A DNA stretch of 64,000 nucleotides from NCBI GenBank assembly GCA_009783465.1, contig WRDM01000006.1, positions 27,197-91,196 of the forward strand, in the 5' to 3' direction. The position numbers and the translations under genes were made by a program. Positions 1-7,858 of the stretch are shown here, one piece after another. The notes under the pieces are model-generated. The model was not told where the DNA came from. It worked only from the letters and a program-made list of their open reading frames with translations, and ran no database searches. Source of the DNA: Phycisphaerae bacterium (GTDB taxonomy: Bacteria; Planctomycetota; Phycisphaerae; SM23-33). Numbering within the stretch: the first letter of the stretch is position 1; every line of letters starts with the position of its first letter.

Positions 1-67
1 CGAGGGCAACAAGGCGTACATGCTCACGAAAAAGCACAAGATGGGGCACATACTCGACAATTTGTAA
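1..67 (+). CDS. 3' end of an unidentified CDS entering from the left edge
   Basis: The frame is open from nt 2 to TAA at 65-67 (...EGNKAYMLTKKHKMGHILDNL*). Too short to classify. Confidence 0.15.
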   Translation, partial: EGNKAYMLTKKHKMGHILDNL

Positions 68-97
68 CATAGATGGCACGGGAAAGGACAACGAACG

Positions 98-516
98 ATG
101 AGCAAAACGGCGAAGATGATCACGGTACTGCTGTGCTTCATGCTGGCGTTATATGTTCCCACGGTGCTTGTCGTGCTCTTTCTGAACATGTCGTCGGGTA
201 AAGTCGTTGCGCAATGGCAGCAGCCGGCGGAAATCACGTATGACGGGCGGGGGCCGTATAACGTGACGATCATCGAAAAGGACGTAACTGGTACTTGTTT
301 ATGCCCACGGACCGGAACTACGCGATCTACGTGGGGCGTGAATCGTCGCCATCCTACGGTCATTGGATGAAATATCCGTTTACGGAGGACAGCGATACGA
401 TTTCGGCGAAACTGAGTCAGGCGACGGTGGAGTGGACCGACGACGGCGTGACGTTGGAACTGGCCACCGGGCATCGGATATTTGTGCCGAAAAAGAGTTT
501 CATTGGCGGGCGATGA
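98..516 (+). pseudogene. Small signal-anchored protein apparently split by a 1-nt frameshift (ORFs 98-370 and 295-516)
   Basis: AGGA lies about 9 nt upstream of ATG 98, and the N-terminus is hydrophobic (MITVLLCFMLALYVPTVLVVLFL). The second frame is open from 259 and reads on naturally after the A4 run at 276-279. The region is visibly lower in G+C. Confidence 0.3.
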
Positions 517-538
517 GTGCGGGTTTCTCCTTCAATCA

Positions 539-664
539 GGCCTGACGCCACTGGCTGAGGTCGAATGTGCGTTGGGGACGGCATCGAACGCGCGAACAAG
601 GGATTGTGCGCGTCGTTCGCTGCCGACTTCCGCGTCGGCGTGGCCTCGGCCAGTGGCGTCAGCC
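539..664. repeat. Family D inverted-repeat element, copy 1 (termini ggcctgacgccactggc...gccagtggcgtcagcc)
   Basis: The terminal IR is seen directly. A second copy with the same termini and a similar core (catcgaacg.gcgaaca.gg...tgcgcgtcgttcg) lies at 10026-10158. Confidence 0.8.
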
Positions 665-693
665 GCGATGAAATGCAAAAAACACCCGAAAAA

Positions 694-792
694 CCCAGGG
701 TTCGCGAGTACGCTCACCCTGGGCTACCCAAGACGCCCCGTTGGGGCTGTGTGCCCCCGCTTCCACGCGAGGTCGGGGAGGTTGATTGTTTG
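694..792 (+). repeat. Family E repeat, copy 1 (cccagggttcgcgagtac..ctcaccctgggctacccaagacgcc...)
   Basis: Contains an internal hairpin cccaggg/ccctggg. Five further copies lie at 9897-10000(-), 10186-10258(+), 17367-17421(-), 48877-48976(-) and 49092-49191(+). Confidence 0.8.
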
Positions 793-846
793 TTTTCAAC
801 GCCAAGAGCAATTCAAGAATGAGGTGTCGTGTCTTCTAAGCTGCGA

Positions 847-893
847 ATTACGCGAATTTCTCTAATGAATTCGCGTAATTCGCGGCGAAACGA
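847..893. repeat. Word-type hairpin gcgaattacgcgaatt / aattcgcgtaattcgc
   Basis: Near-perfect IR seen directly. A single related arm (gaataattcgcgtcattcgcggcgaaaag) lies at 2895-2925. Confidence 0.7.
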
Positions 894-1073
894 TCTACGA
901 CAGGTCGTTCGCAAATTGCTCAAGACGGCACACTTCACATGGTTATCGTCTTGATCTGTTTCGGATTTCGAACTTCGTGTTTCGGATTTACAACGTCTCC
1001 ATACGGCTGGATTCACATCAACCAATGCCGCACCTACAGCCTACAGCCTTCAGCCCACAGCCTACGATATCGC

Positions 1074-2648
1074 ATGGCCTACAACAATCTTCGGGAATTC
1101 GTGGTGGCGTTGGCGCGGGCGGGGCAGTTGGTTCGGGTGGCGGCGGCGGTGGATGTTCGGCTGGAGTTGGCGGAGGTGGCCGCGCGCGTGATGAAGGAGC
1201 CCTCGCCCGAGGGATTGGCTGGCGCGCCGGCGAGCGATCCGCTCAACGGGCGGCTGGGCGGGCGGGCGTTGTTGTTTGAGAACGTGCATTGCGACGGCAG
1301 GCGGTGCGAGTTGCCCGTGCTCGTCAACGTGTGGGGCAGTTATCGGCGGATGTGCATGGCCTTGGGCTGCGACGACTTCGACGAACTGGCCGCGCGCGTG
1401 AACGCGTTGGTTCGGCCCGAGGTGCCGCAGGGGTTTTTCGCGAAGGTGAGAAAGCTGCCGGAGTTGGCCCGGCTGGCGTCGCTGGGGCCGCGTGTGCGGG
1501 CGTCGCCCCCACCGTGTCAGGAGGTTGTGTGCGTCGGCGAGGCGGTGGATTTGTCGGCCCTTCCGGTGATTCAGTGCTGGCCCGACGACGGGGCCGGCCA
1601 TCCAGCCGGCGAGATCGCGCGGCGGTATATCACGCTCGGTTGCACGATGACGAAACACCCGGATACACACGCCCGCAATATGGGCATTTACCGCGTGCAG
1701 TTGCTGGGGCCTCGCCGGGCGGCGATGCACATTCATCCGCCGCACGACGGGGCGGAGAATTGGCGGGCGTGGACATCGCGAGGCCTGCCCATGCCGGCGG
1801 CGATTGTTTTCGGCGGCGAGCCTGCCGTCACGTACGCGGCATCCGCGCCGTGTCCGCCGGGGCTTGACGAGCTGCTGCTGGCGGGGTTTTTGCAAGGCAG
1901 GGCGATCGAGTTGGCGCCGTGTCTGACGCAGCCGCTGGAGGTGCCCGCGCAGGCGGAGCTGGTCATCGAGGGCCAGGTCGCGCACGATGAGACGACAATC
2001 GAGGGGCCTTTCGGCGACCACACGGGGTTTTACTCGGCCGCGGGGGAGTTTCCGGTGTTTCGCGCCACGGCCATCACGCGGCGGCGGGACGCGATCTATC
2101 CGACGACGGTCGTGGGCTATCCGCCGATGGAGGATTACTATTTCGGCAAGGCGACCGAGCGGATTTTTCTGCCGGCCTTGCGGATGCTCGTGCCGGAGGT
2201 GCTGGATTACGATCTGCCGCTGGCGGGGGCGTTTCACAATTTCGTGTTCGTGCGGATTCGCAAGGCGTACGCGGGGCAGGCGCGGAAGGTGATGCACGCG
2301 ATCTGGGGGGCTGGGCAGTTGGCGTGCAGCAAGATTGTCGTGGTGGTGGACGAGTCGGTGAACGTGCACGATCCCAACGACGTGTGGTTCGCCGTCGGCG
2401 CCAACGTGGACGTGCGTCGCGACCTGGAACACGCGGAGGGCCCGCTGGACATCCTCGATCACGCCGGCGAGGCCGTCGGCACGGGGGCGAAACTCGGCAT
2501 CGACGCCACACGCAAACTCCCCGGCGAGGGCCCGACCCGCGACTGGCCCAGGCCACTCCGCATGACAGAAGAAATTCGTCGGCAGGTGGATCGGCGGTGG
2601 GAGGAATTATTCGACTGCAAAAAGACCGAGCAGGATTACACGGATTAA
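1074..2648 (+). CDS. UbiD-family (de)carboxylase, menaquinone/ubiquinone-type
   Basis: 524 aa from ATG 1074 (the ORF track's start at 939 lies inside repeats). UbiD-like motifs include EGPFGDHTGFYS and the N-terminus MAYNNLREFVxxL. The stop codon lies inside a repeat arm. Confidence 0.8.
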   Translation: MAYNNLREFVVALARAGQLVRVAAAVDVRLELAEVAARVMKEPSPEGLAGAPASDPLNGRLGGRALLFENVHCDGRRCELPVLVNVWGSYRRMCMALGCDDFDELAARVNALVRPEVPQGFFAKVRKLPELARLASLGPRVRASPPPCQEVVCVGEAVDLSALPVIQCWPDDGAGHPAGEIARRYITLGCTMTKHPDTHARNMGIYRVQLLGPRRAAMHIHPPHDGAENWRAWTSRGLPMPAAIVFGGEPAVTYAASAPCPPGLDELLLAGFLQGRAIELAPCLTQPLEVPAQAELVIEGQVAHDETTIEGPFGDHTGFYSAAGEFPVFRATAITRRRDAIYPTTVVGYPPMEDYYFGKATERIFLPALRMLVPEVLDYDLPLAGAFHNFVFVRIRKAYAGQARKVMHAIWGAGQLACSKIVVVVDESVNVHDPNDVWFAVGANVDVRRDLEHAEGPLDILDHAGEAVGTGAKLGIDATRKLPGEGPTRDWPRPLRMTEEIRRQVDRRWEELFDCKKTEQDYTD

Positions 2649-2892
2649 AGGATTAAAAACAGGGCAAACGCATGGCACCTTTCGCACGTGGCGTGACTGG
2701 CCGCAGGCCCTGCCATGTTGCGTTTCAAACGTTTCCCGAGGCCAAATTTTCCACGGTTACCACGTTTTACAACGCAAAATGGCAGGGCCTGCGGCCAGTC
2801 ACGCCTGAACATGAGTCCCGCGCGAAAATGAGGAATGTACATGCGTTTGTCCTGTTTTTAATCCTTCAATCCGCGTCATCCCGCTCGGTCTT
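2622..2892. repeat. Family C hairpin (aagaccgagc.ggatt.c.cggatt.a.ggatt / inverse) carrying a nested family B element
   Basis: Arms at 2622-2659 and 2855-2892 match the uninterrupted copy at 37727-37832. The loop is occupied by family B copy 2660-2854. Confidence 0.75.
2660..2854. repeat. Family B long palindromic element, copy 1
   Basis: cagggcaaacgcatggcacctttcgcacgtggcgtgactggccgcagg.cctgccatgttgcgt ... inverse. The sister copy at 10280-10456 has the more perfect arms. Confidence 0.8.
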
Positions 2893-2933
2893 CTTGAAGT
2901 CGAATAATTCGCGTCATTCGCGGCGAAAAGAAA

Positions 2934-3815
2934 TCATGAAAAGATCACGCTCGCGTAGCCGACGGTGGAGTCGTCCGGGTCGGCGGGGTAGAGGTGGTGC
3001 ATGACGGCGTAGCTGTGGGTGTATTCGAGGAGGTGGGCTGCGGTGGCGCCGCGCTGGCGGCAGGCGGCGATGGTGGCGGCGATCGCGCCGGCGCCGCAGG
3101 CGTTGTGGTGGGTGGCGGCTTCGCCGATCACGCCGGCGGCGTCGAGGGCGTCGATGCGGGCCAGCAGGCGGCGGTCGTTGGCTTCGCTCCATCGCACGCC
3201 GGTCAGGCCTTTCCCGCCCGGCGAACCGAAGTGCCCGCCGTGATGCGTCAAGTCCGTGCTGCCGACCACGGGCACGTCGGGGAAGCGTTCGCCGAGCACG
3301 CGGCCTATGGTTTCGCCGATGTCCACCGCCAGCGCCGTTGGCGGGACGGCGATCGGCACGATTTTCACCCGCGGATCGAGCATCTGGAGCAGCGGCAACT
3401 GCACTTCGATGGAATGTTCGGTCGCGTGGGCGTTTGGGTTGGCTCGCAACGGCCCGCCGGCGGCGAGCAGGGCGGCGGCGAGTTCCGCGTCGACGGCGAC
3501 TTCGCCCAGTGGGGTCAGCCAGACGCCGCTGTCGAACACTTCGCCCACGCGCGCCCGCCCGACGTGGTCAGCCCCCAGCAGCACGACGGTCCGCGGCGAC
3601 GGCTGCGACGCCGGCGGAAAGAGAGCGTTGAACGTCAGCGCAGCCAGGCGGCCACTGAAGACCCATCCCGCGTGCGGCACCAGCCCGCCCAGCGGCCTGG
3701 CGGGCACGTCGGCAGGCACCTCCGCCGCCGTCAGCAGTTTGCCCGCATGAAGCCGGCAGGAACTGGCGGAGGCTTCGTAAAACGACCCCGCGCGAACGGC
3801 GTGGCGGATATTCAT
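2934..3815 (-). CDS. MEMO1 / AmmeMemoRadiSam system protein B family
   Basis: 293 aa from ATG 3815 with AAGGAG 6 nt upstream. Motifs: AGSFY, VPHAGWVFSG, LGADH, EHSIEVQLPLL. Confidence 0.75.
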   Translation of the reverse strand: MNIRHAVRAGSFYEASASSCRLHAGKLLTAAEVPADVPARPLGGLVPHAGWVFSGRLAALTFNALFPPASQPSPRTVVLLGADHVGRARVGEVFDSGVWLTPLGEVAVDAELAAALLAAGGPLRANPNAHATEHSIEVQLPLLQMLDPRVKIVPIAVPPTALAVDIGETIGRVLGERFPDVPVVGSTDLTHHGGHFGSPGGKGLTGVRWSEANDRRLLARIDALDAAGVIGEAATHHNACGAGAIAATIAACRQRGATAAHLLEYTHSYAVMHHLYPADPDDSTVGYASVIFS

Positions 3816-3842
3816 GGGTTTACTCCTTGTGGTGTATCGTGG

Positions 3843-4059
3843 CGTGAGTGAACGATTCGTCCGAGGGAAACAAGCCAGCAGCCAATAGCCAGTAGCCAAT
3901 AGGTATGGATGGGTCTGCGGGAAATCACACGATCCAAAATTTCGCTACACATGTATCCATTCCCGCTTTCATTGCCGTTTTGTCCTTGTCGTTCCGTACC
4001 TGTTGGCTACTGGCTATTGGCTACTGGCTTGTCTCCTTCGGACGAATCGTTCACTCACG
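3843..4059 (+). repeat. Family A composite element, copy A1 (ccagtagccaatagcc-type arms)
   Basis: IR arms of about 60 nt flank a core of about 100 nt (ggtatggatgggt...cacgatcc...attcccgctttcattgcc...cgttccgtacc). Homologous to the copy at 61788-62043. Confidence 0.8.
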
Positions 4060-4194
4060 TCACGAGGACGGGAAGTCCCTGGCTACAATTTCCATAGCCA
4101 TAACCAGGCCACTTTGCTAGGATGCCCGCATTGGCTGCACCTTATCATGTGACCGCGGGTTCCACTACCGTATTGTAGCGAAAGAAGGAAGCCC

Positions 4195-4827
4195 ATGACG
4201 CAAGAGCCGCCCCATGACGAATTGACGTCGCCCGACGAGCAGGCCCCGGACGCACCGCCGCCCGAGGGCGATGACGCTTTTGCCGTCGGCGGCGAAGGCG
4301 ACGCGATGCCCGATGCCGAAAGCGCCGATCCGCTCAGCGCGATGGCGGCGGGCGTGGATTTGAACGAAGTCGACCCGTACCTCGAGCAGCAGCGCAAGGC
4401 GGCCCGTGCGTTGGATGGCCTGCCCGAGGAGGAAGACGACGCGCCCGCCGACGTGCCGCAGACGTCGGCGTCGCCCGCAGCGGTCCGACCCGCCGTGGTG
4501 GCGGCCGCCGCGGCGTCCTCGCCGGAGGTCACGGCGAAAAATGCCGCCGAGCGCGCCCGCGCCAAGGCCGTCCAGGCGGCCGCCGCTTCGCTCCAATTCA
4601 AGCAGTTCATGATTCCGCTGCTGACGGCCGTCGGGCTGCTGCTGGTGGGCATGGGCGCGATTCCGTGGTTTTACAATCCGCTGGAAAACAGCCCCAATCC
4701 CGACACCTGGCAGGTCATTTTGATGAATGTCGTGAAACTCGCCTCCGCCCCCATGGGCCTGCTGCTGCTGGTCGGGGCCATCTACTTCCGCATGGAAGTC
4801 AATCGCACCCTGCGGAACAAACGCTGA
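4195..4827 (+). CDS. Hypothetical membrane protein (acidic disordered N-terminus, two C-terminal TM helices)
   Basis: AAGGAAG RBS. The stop TGA overlaps the next ATG (TGATG at 4825-4829), indicating translational coupling to the GT2 gene. Confidence 0.5.
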   Translation: MTQEPPHDELTSPDEQAPDAPPPEGDDAFAVGGEGDAMPDAESADPLSAMAAGVDLNEVDPYLEQQRKAARALDGLPEEEDDAPADVPQTSASPAAVRPAVVAAAAASSPEVTAKNAAERARAKAVQAAAASLQFKQFMIPLLTAVGLLLVGMGAIPWFYNPLENSPNPDTWQVILMNVVKLASAPMGLLLLVGAIYFRMEVNRTLRNKR

Positions 4828-5564
4828 TGCCCGTGCTGTCGATCGTCATTCCGGTGTATAACGAACGCGACGTCTGGCGCGAGTTGCTGCGGCGCGTGGA
4901 GGCGGTGGCGCTGTCGCCGCTGGGCGTGACGAGGCAGATCGTGCTCGTCAACGACGCCTCCACCGACGGCACCGGCGAGCAACTGGATGCCTGGTGGCGA
5001 GAGCTGCCCGACGACGCCAAAGCGTCCGCCGAATACCAACTCATCCGCCACGAAAAAAACCAGGGCAAAGGCGCCGCCCTCCGCAGCGGATTCGCCGCCG
5101 CCGCCGGCGACATCGTGCTCATCCAGGATGCCGACCTCGAATACAATCCCGACGAATACCCGCAACTGCTCGCGCCGATCCTCGCCGGCCAGGCCGACGT
5201 CGTCTACGGCAGCCGCTTCCTCGCCGGCAGGCCCAAACATATCCGCTGGGCGAATTATCTCGCCAACCGAGGCCTGACGTTCCTGTCCAACCGCATCACG
5301 GGACTGAAACTCACGGACATGGAGACCTGCTACAAAGTATTCCGTCGCGAGGTGATCGCCCGCGTCCGAATCGAGCACGACCGGTTCGACTTTGAACCGG
5401 AAATCACCGCCAAACTCGCCGCCCTCGGCGTCCGCGTCGCCGAGGTGCCCATCAGCTATCAGGGCCGCTCGAAAGACGAAGGCAAGAAAATCGGCTTCCG
5501 CGACGGCCTCGACGCCCTGCGATGCATCTGGCGATACCGCAAGCGTAGGCCACTCCATGAGTGA
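4827..5564 (+). CDS. Family 2 glycosyltransferase (polyprenol-phosphate sugar transferase-like)
   Basis: LSIVIPVYNE, DASTDGT and QDADLEY (DxD) motifs. 245 aa from ATG 4827. Confidence 0.8.
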   Translation: MPVLSIVIPVYNERDVWRELLRRVEAVALSPLGVTRQIVLVNDASTDGTGEQLDAWWRELPDDAKASAEYQLIRHEKNQGKGAALRSGFAAAAGDIVLIQDADLEYNPDEYPQLLAPILAGQADVVYGSRFLAGRPKHIRWANYLANRGLTFLSNRITGLKLTDMETCYKVFRREVIARVRIEHDRFDFEPEITAKLAALGVRVAEVPISYQGRSKDEGKKIGFRDGLDALRCIWRYRKRRPLHE

Positions 5565-7092
5565 CACGCCCACAGAGACGAACGGCCATACGAACGCCCC
5601 GCCGCTTCCCCTTGACGATCGTCGCGGCGGGCTGGGCGAGGTGGTTCGCATTTCCTGGCCGGCGAGCGTCAGCATGCTCAACAGCACGTTGATGCGGTTT
5701 GTGGATGCGCTGATGGTGTCGTTCGTGGGCGCGATTCCGTTCAGCGCGCAGTTTCTTGCCGGCATGACCGCCTTCATTCCTGAGAGTTTTGCCGTCGGCG
5801 TGCTGATGGTGGTCAACACGTACGTGGCCCAGAATTTCGGCGCGGGCCGGCTGGACCGGTGCAGCCAGTACACCTGGGCGGGGCTGAGGCTGGCGCTGGT
5901 CTTCTGCGTGCTGATCGCGCCGTTGGCGTTGCTGGCCAGGCCGATTTTTGAGTTGATGAGGCAAGGCCCCGAGTTCGGGAACCCGCCCGAGTTGATCGAG
6001 ATGGAAGTGATGTACTTCCGTTACATGGTTCTGGCGATTTTCTTCACGCTGACCGCCCGTCCGCTTGAGCAGTTTTTTTACGGCATTCATCGGCCTCGGG
6101 TCGTGCTGGTTGGCAGCATCATCACGAACGTGGTCAACATTATCGGCGCGTACACGTTGATTTTCGGCAGCGAGGCGATCATGGGGCACTTGCGTCATCT
6201 GGGCATGGAGGTGACGCTGCCGCACTGGTCGGCCCGCGGGCTGGAGGGGGCGGCCATCGCGGTGGTTGTCAGTTGGGTCGTCTATTTCGCGATCCTGCTG
6301 GGCGTGTTTCTCTCCGGGCCTATGGATCGGCAGTATCGCACGCGCACCGCGACGCGGGTTCTCTGGAGCGACATCAAGGACATTTTCCGCACGGGTTGGC
6401 CGGCAGGCGTGCAATTTCTCAACGACATCGGGCCTTGGGTCATCATGAGCGCGATCGTCAGTTCGTTCGGGTGGGAGCATTTGACGGCCACCAGCGTGGC
6501 GATGCGGTGGATGCCGCTGTCGTTCATGCCGGCGTTGGGGATCGGCATCGCGGCGACGGCGTTGGTGGGCAAGTATCTTGGCGCGGGCAGGCCCGACATT
6601 GCCCGGCGACGCACGCATACCGCGTTGAAACTGACGGTGGCATACATGGGGCTGTGCGGGCTTGCGTTTTTGATTTTCCGCGAGGAGATGGTGCGGTTTT
6701 TCATCACCGTGCTGCCGACCGAGCCGGGCCAGGAGGCGTTGGCGTCCGAGCAGGTCGAGCGGATCGTGCGGATCGGCGGCGGGGTGATGATTTGTGCGGC
6801 CTTGTTTCAATTGTTCGACGCGGTGGGGATCACATACATCAGCGCCCTTCGCGGCGCGGGCGACACGTTGGGGCCGATGCTGATCGTCATCTGCACGAGT
6901 TGGATCCTGGTGGTGGGCGGCGGCCTGTTCACGGTCTGGGCGTTCCCGCAACTGGGCAGCGTAGGCCCATGGATCGCGGGCAGCGTGTACGTCGTGGTGC
7001 TGGGGATACTGATGACCTGGCGCTTCGAACGCGGCGCGTGGCGGAAGATTGATTTGCTGAAACGGGGGGACGCAACCGTCACAGGGCCTTGA
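5557..7092 (+). CDS. MATE-family efflux transporter
   Basis: 511 aa and polytopic, with a MATE-type N-terminal segment ISWPASVSMLNSTLMRFVDALMVSFVG. The start overlaps the GT2 stop. Confidence 0.75.
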   Translation: MSDTPTETNGHTNAPPLPLDDRRGGLGEVVRISWPASVSMLNSTLMRFVDALMVSFVGAIPFSAQFLAGMTAFIPESFAVGVLMVVNTYVAQNFGAGRLDRCSQYTWAGLRLALVFCVLIAPLALLARPIFELMRQGPEFGNPPELIEMEVMYFRYMVLAIFFTLTARPLEQFFYGIHRPRVVLVGSIITNVVNIIGAYTLIFGSEAIMGHLRHLGMEVTLPHWSARGLEGAAIAVVVSWVVYFAILLGVFLSGPMDRQYRTRTATRVLWSDIKDIFRTGWPAGVQFLNDIGPWVIMSAIVSSFGWEHLTATSVAMRWMPLSFMPALGIGIAATALVGKYLGAGRPDIARRRTHTALKLTVAYMGLCGLAFLIFREEMVRFFITVLPTEPGQEALASEQVERIVRIGGGVMICAALFQLFDAVGITYISALRGAGDTLGPMLIVICTSWILVVGGGLFTVWAFPQLGSVGPWIAGSVYVVVLGILMTWRFERGAWRKIDLLKRGDATVTGP

Positions 7093-7495
7093 CGTAGGCG
7101 TCCACGGCGGAAAGGAACGTTTTGGCGTTTTCGATCTGTTCAGCGACTTCCTCTTTTGCGATCACAAAGAAGTCCTCATAGTCGCTGTCGCCACGCGTTT
7201 CAAAGGCAGCATCGATCATGCGGGAAAATTCCGCAGGAAAAATACCTGTTTTGATATATCGCTGCCGAAACACGGCAATGATGCCGGAATGTTTCTTGGA
7301 ATCGAAGCCATCTATCGCCAGCACGGCCCGCATCGCGTGAAATATGCAGTAATACGAACGATTCGCGGCACATTTGTACGAACCTCCTTCGACCTCACGT
7401 ACCGCGGTGTCCAGGCACTCGCGCGCCTGCTCAAGCCGGTATTTCGCGAGTCCCGTCTTGGTGGTATCGTCGTTACGCACACAACACCTTCCCAT
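7079..7495 (-). CDS. HEPN-domain protein (toxin partner of the MNT/HEPN module)
   Basis: Rx6H motif (RSYYCIFH). The start is ATG 7495, or GTG 7480, both overlapping the MNT gene end. The 3' end overlaps the convergent MATE gene by 14 nt. Confidence 0.75.
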   Translation of the reverse strand: MGRCCVRNDDTTKTGLAKYRLEQARECLDTAVREVEGGSYKCAANRSYYCIFHAMRAVLAIDGFDSKKHSGIIAVFRQRYIKTGIFPAEFSRMIDAAFETRGDSDYEDFFVIAKEEVAEQIENAKTFLSAVDAYVKAL

Positions 7496-7814
7496 CCCTG
7501 ACGACGTTCTGATAAAACGGCAGCACATCCAGGAAGCCGTAAAATGTTTCCGTGGACGTTATTTTTAAGGATAAAAGCACATCGTATTCCAAACCGATAT
7601 CGGGCAGAAGCGCGCGAATTTGCTTTCGCGCGCGCCATGCCTCCTCCATCGGAATATCCGCCAGGACCATGATGTCGATGTCGGATTCATCGTCCTGGTC
7701 GCCGCGCGCGTAGGATCCGTACAGGATGACTTTGTGCAGTTTGTCGCCCAGGCTTTCCCTGGCCGCCTGGACGACTTTGCTCGTGATTTCATTCAATGCC
7801 GACGCGGTGCACAT
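7473..7814 (-). CDS. Minimal nucleotidyltransferase (MNT) domain protein
   Basis: 113 aa from ATG 7814 with a GSYARG...DIDIMV motif. Only the C-terminal third of track ORF 7473-8543 is used. Confidence 0.8.
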   Translation of the reverse strand: MCTASALNEITSKVVQAARESLGDKLHKVILYGSYARGDQDDESDIDIMVLADIPMEEAWRARKQIRALLPDIGLEYDVLLSLKITSTETFYGFLDVLPFYQNVVRDGKVLCA

Positions 7815-7858
7815 AAGACGCCTTCGTTTCTCTTTATGCTCTTCATTATATCGGCCAA

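Noticed and set aside
272-283. Programmed -1 ribosomal frameshift at gaa aag
   Set aside because: The sequence does not fit an X XXY YYZ slippery heptamer, and no downstream stimulatory structure is evident. A homopolymer indel is the simpler explanation.
939-1073. Upstream extension of the UbiD-family ORF (start at 939)
   Set aside because: The extension is translated from word repeats (gtttcggattt, ctacagcc). The homologous protein sequence begins at MAYNNLREF (ATG 1074).
2672-3004. ORFs translated from the family B, E and G repeats (for example 2672-3004, 10136-10924, 9782-10039, 53206-53403)
   Set aside because: They are reading frames through palindromic repeats. The same peptide-like words appear on both strands, and there are no RBS or homologous domains.
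3905-4120. Small hydrophobic ORFs inside family A cores (3905-4120, 61869-62081, and the MAGF... starts in copies A4 and A6), which look conserved (SIPAFIA..LSF.TCWLLAIGYWLV)
   Set aside because: No RBS is present, because the repeat arm abuts the ATG. Two copies (12164-12317 and 59492-59654) have ggtattcg instead of ggtatgg and so lack the start. Indels between copies break the frame. The similarity is explained by nucleotide conservation. This is not fully excluded, and Ribo-seq would settle it.
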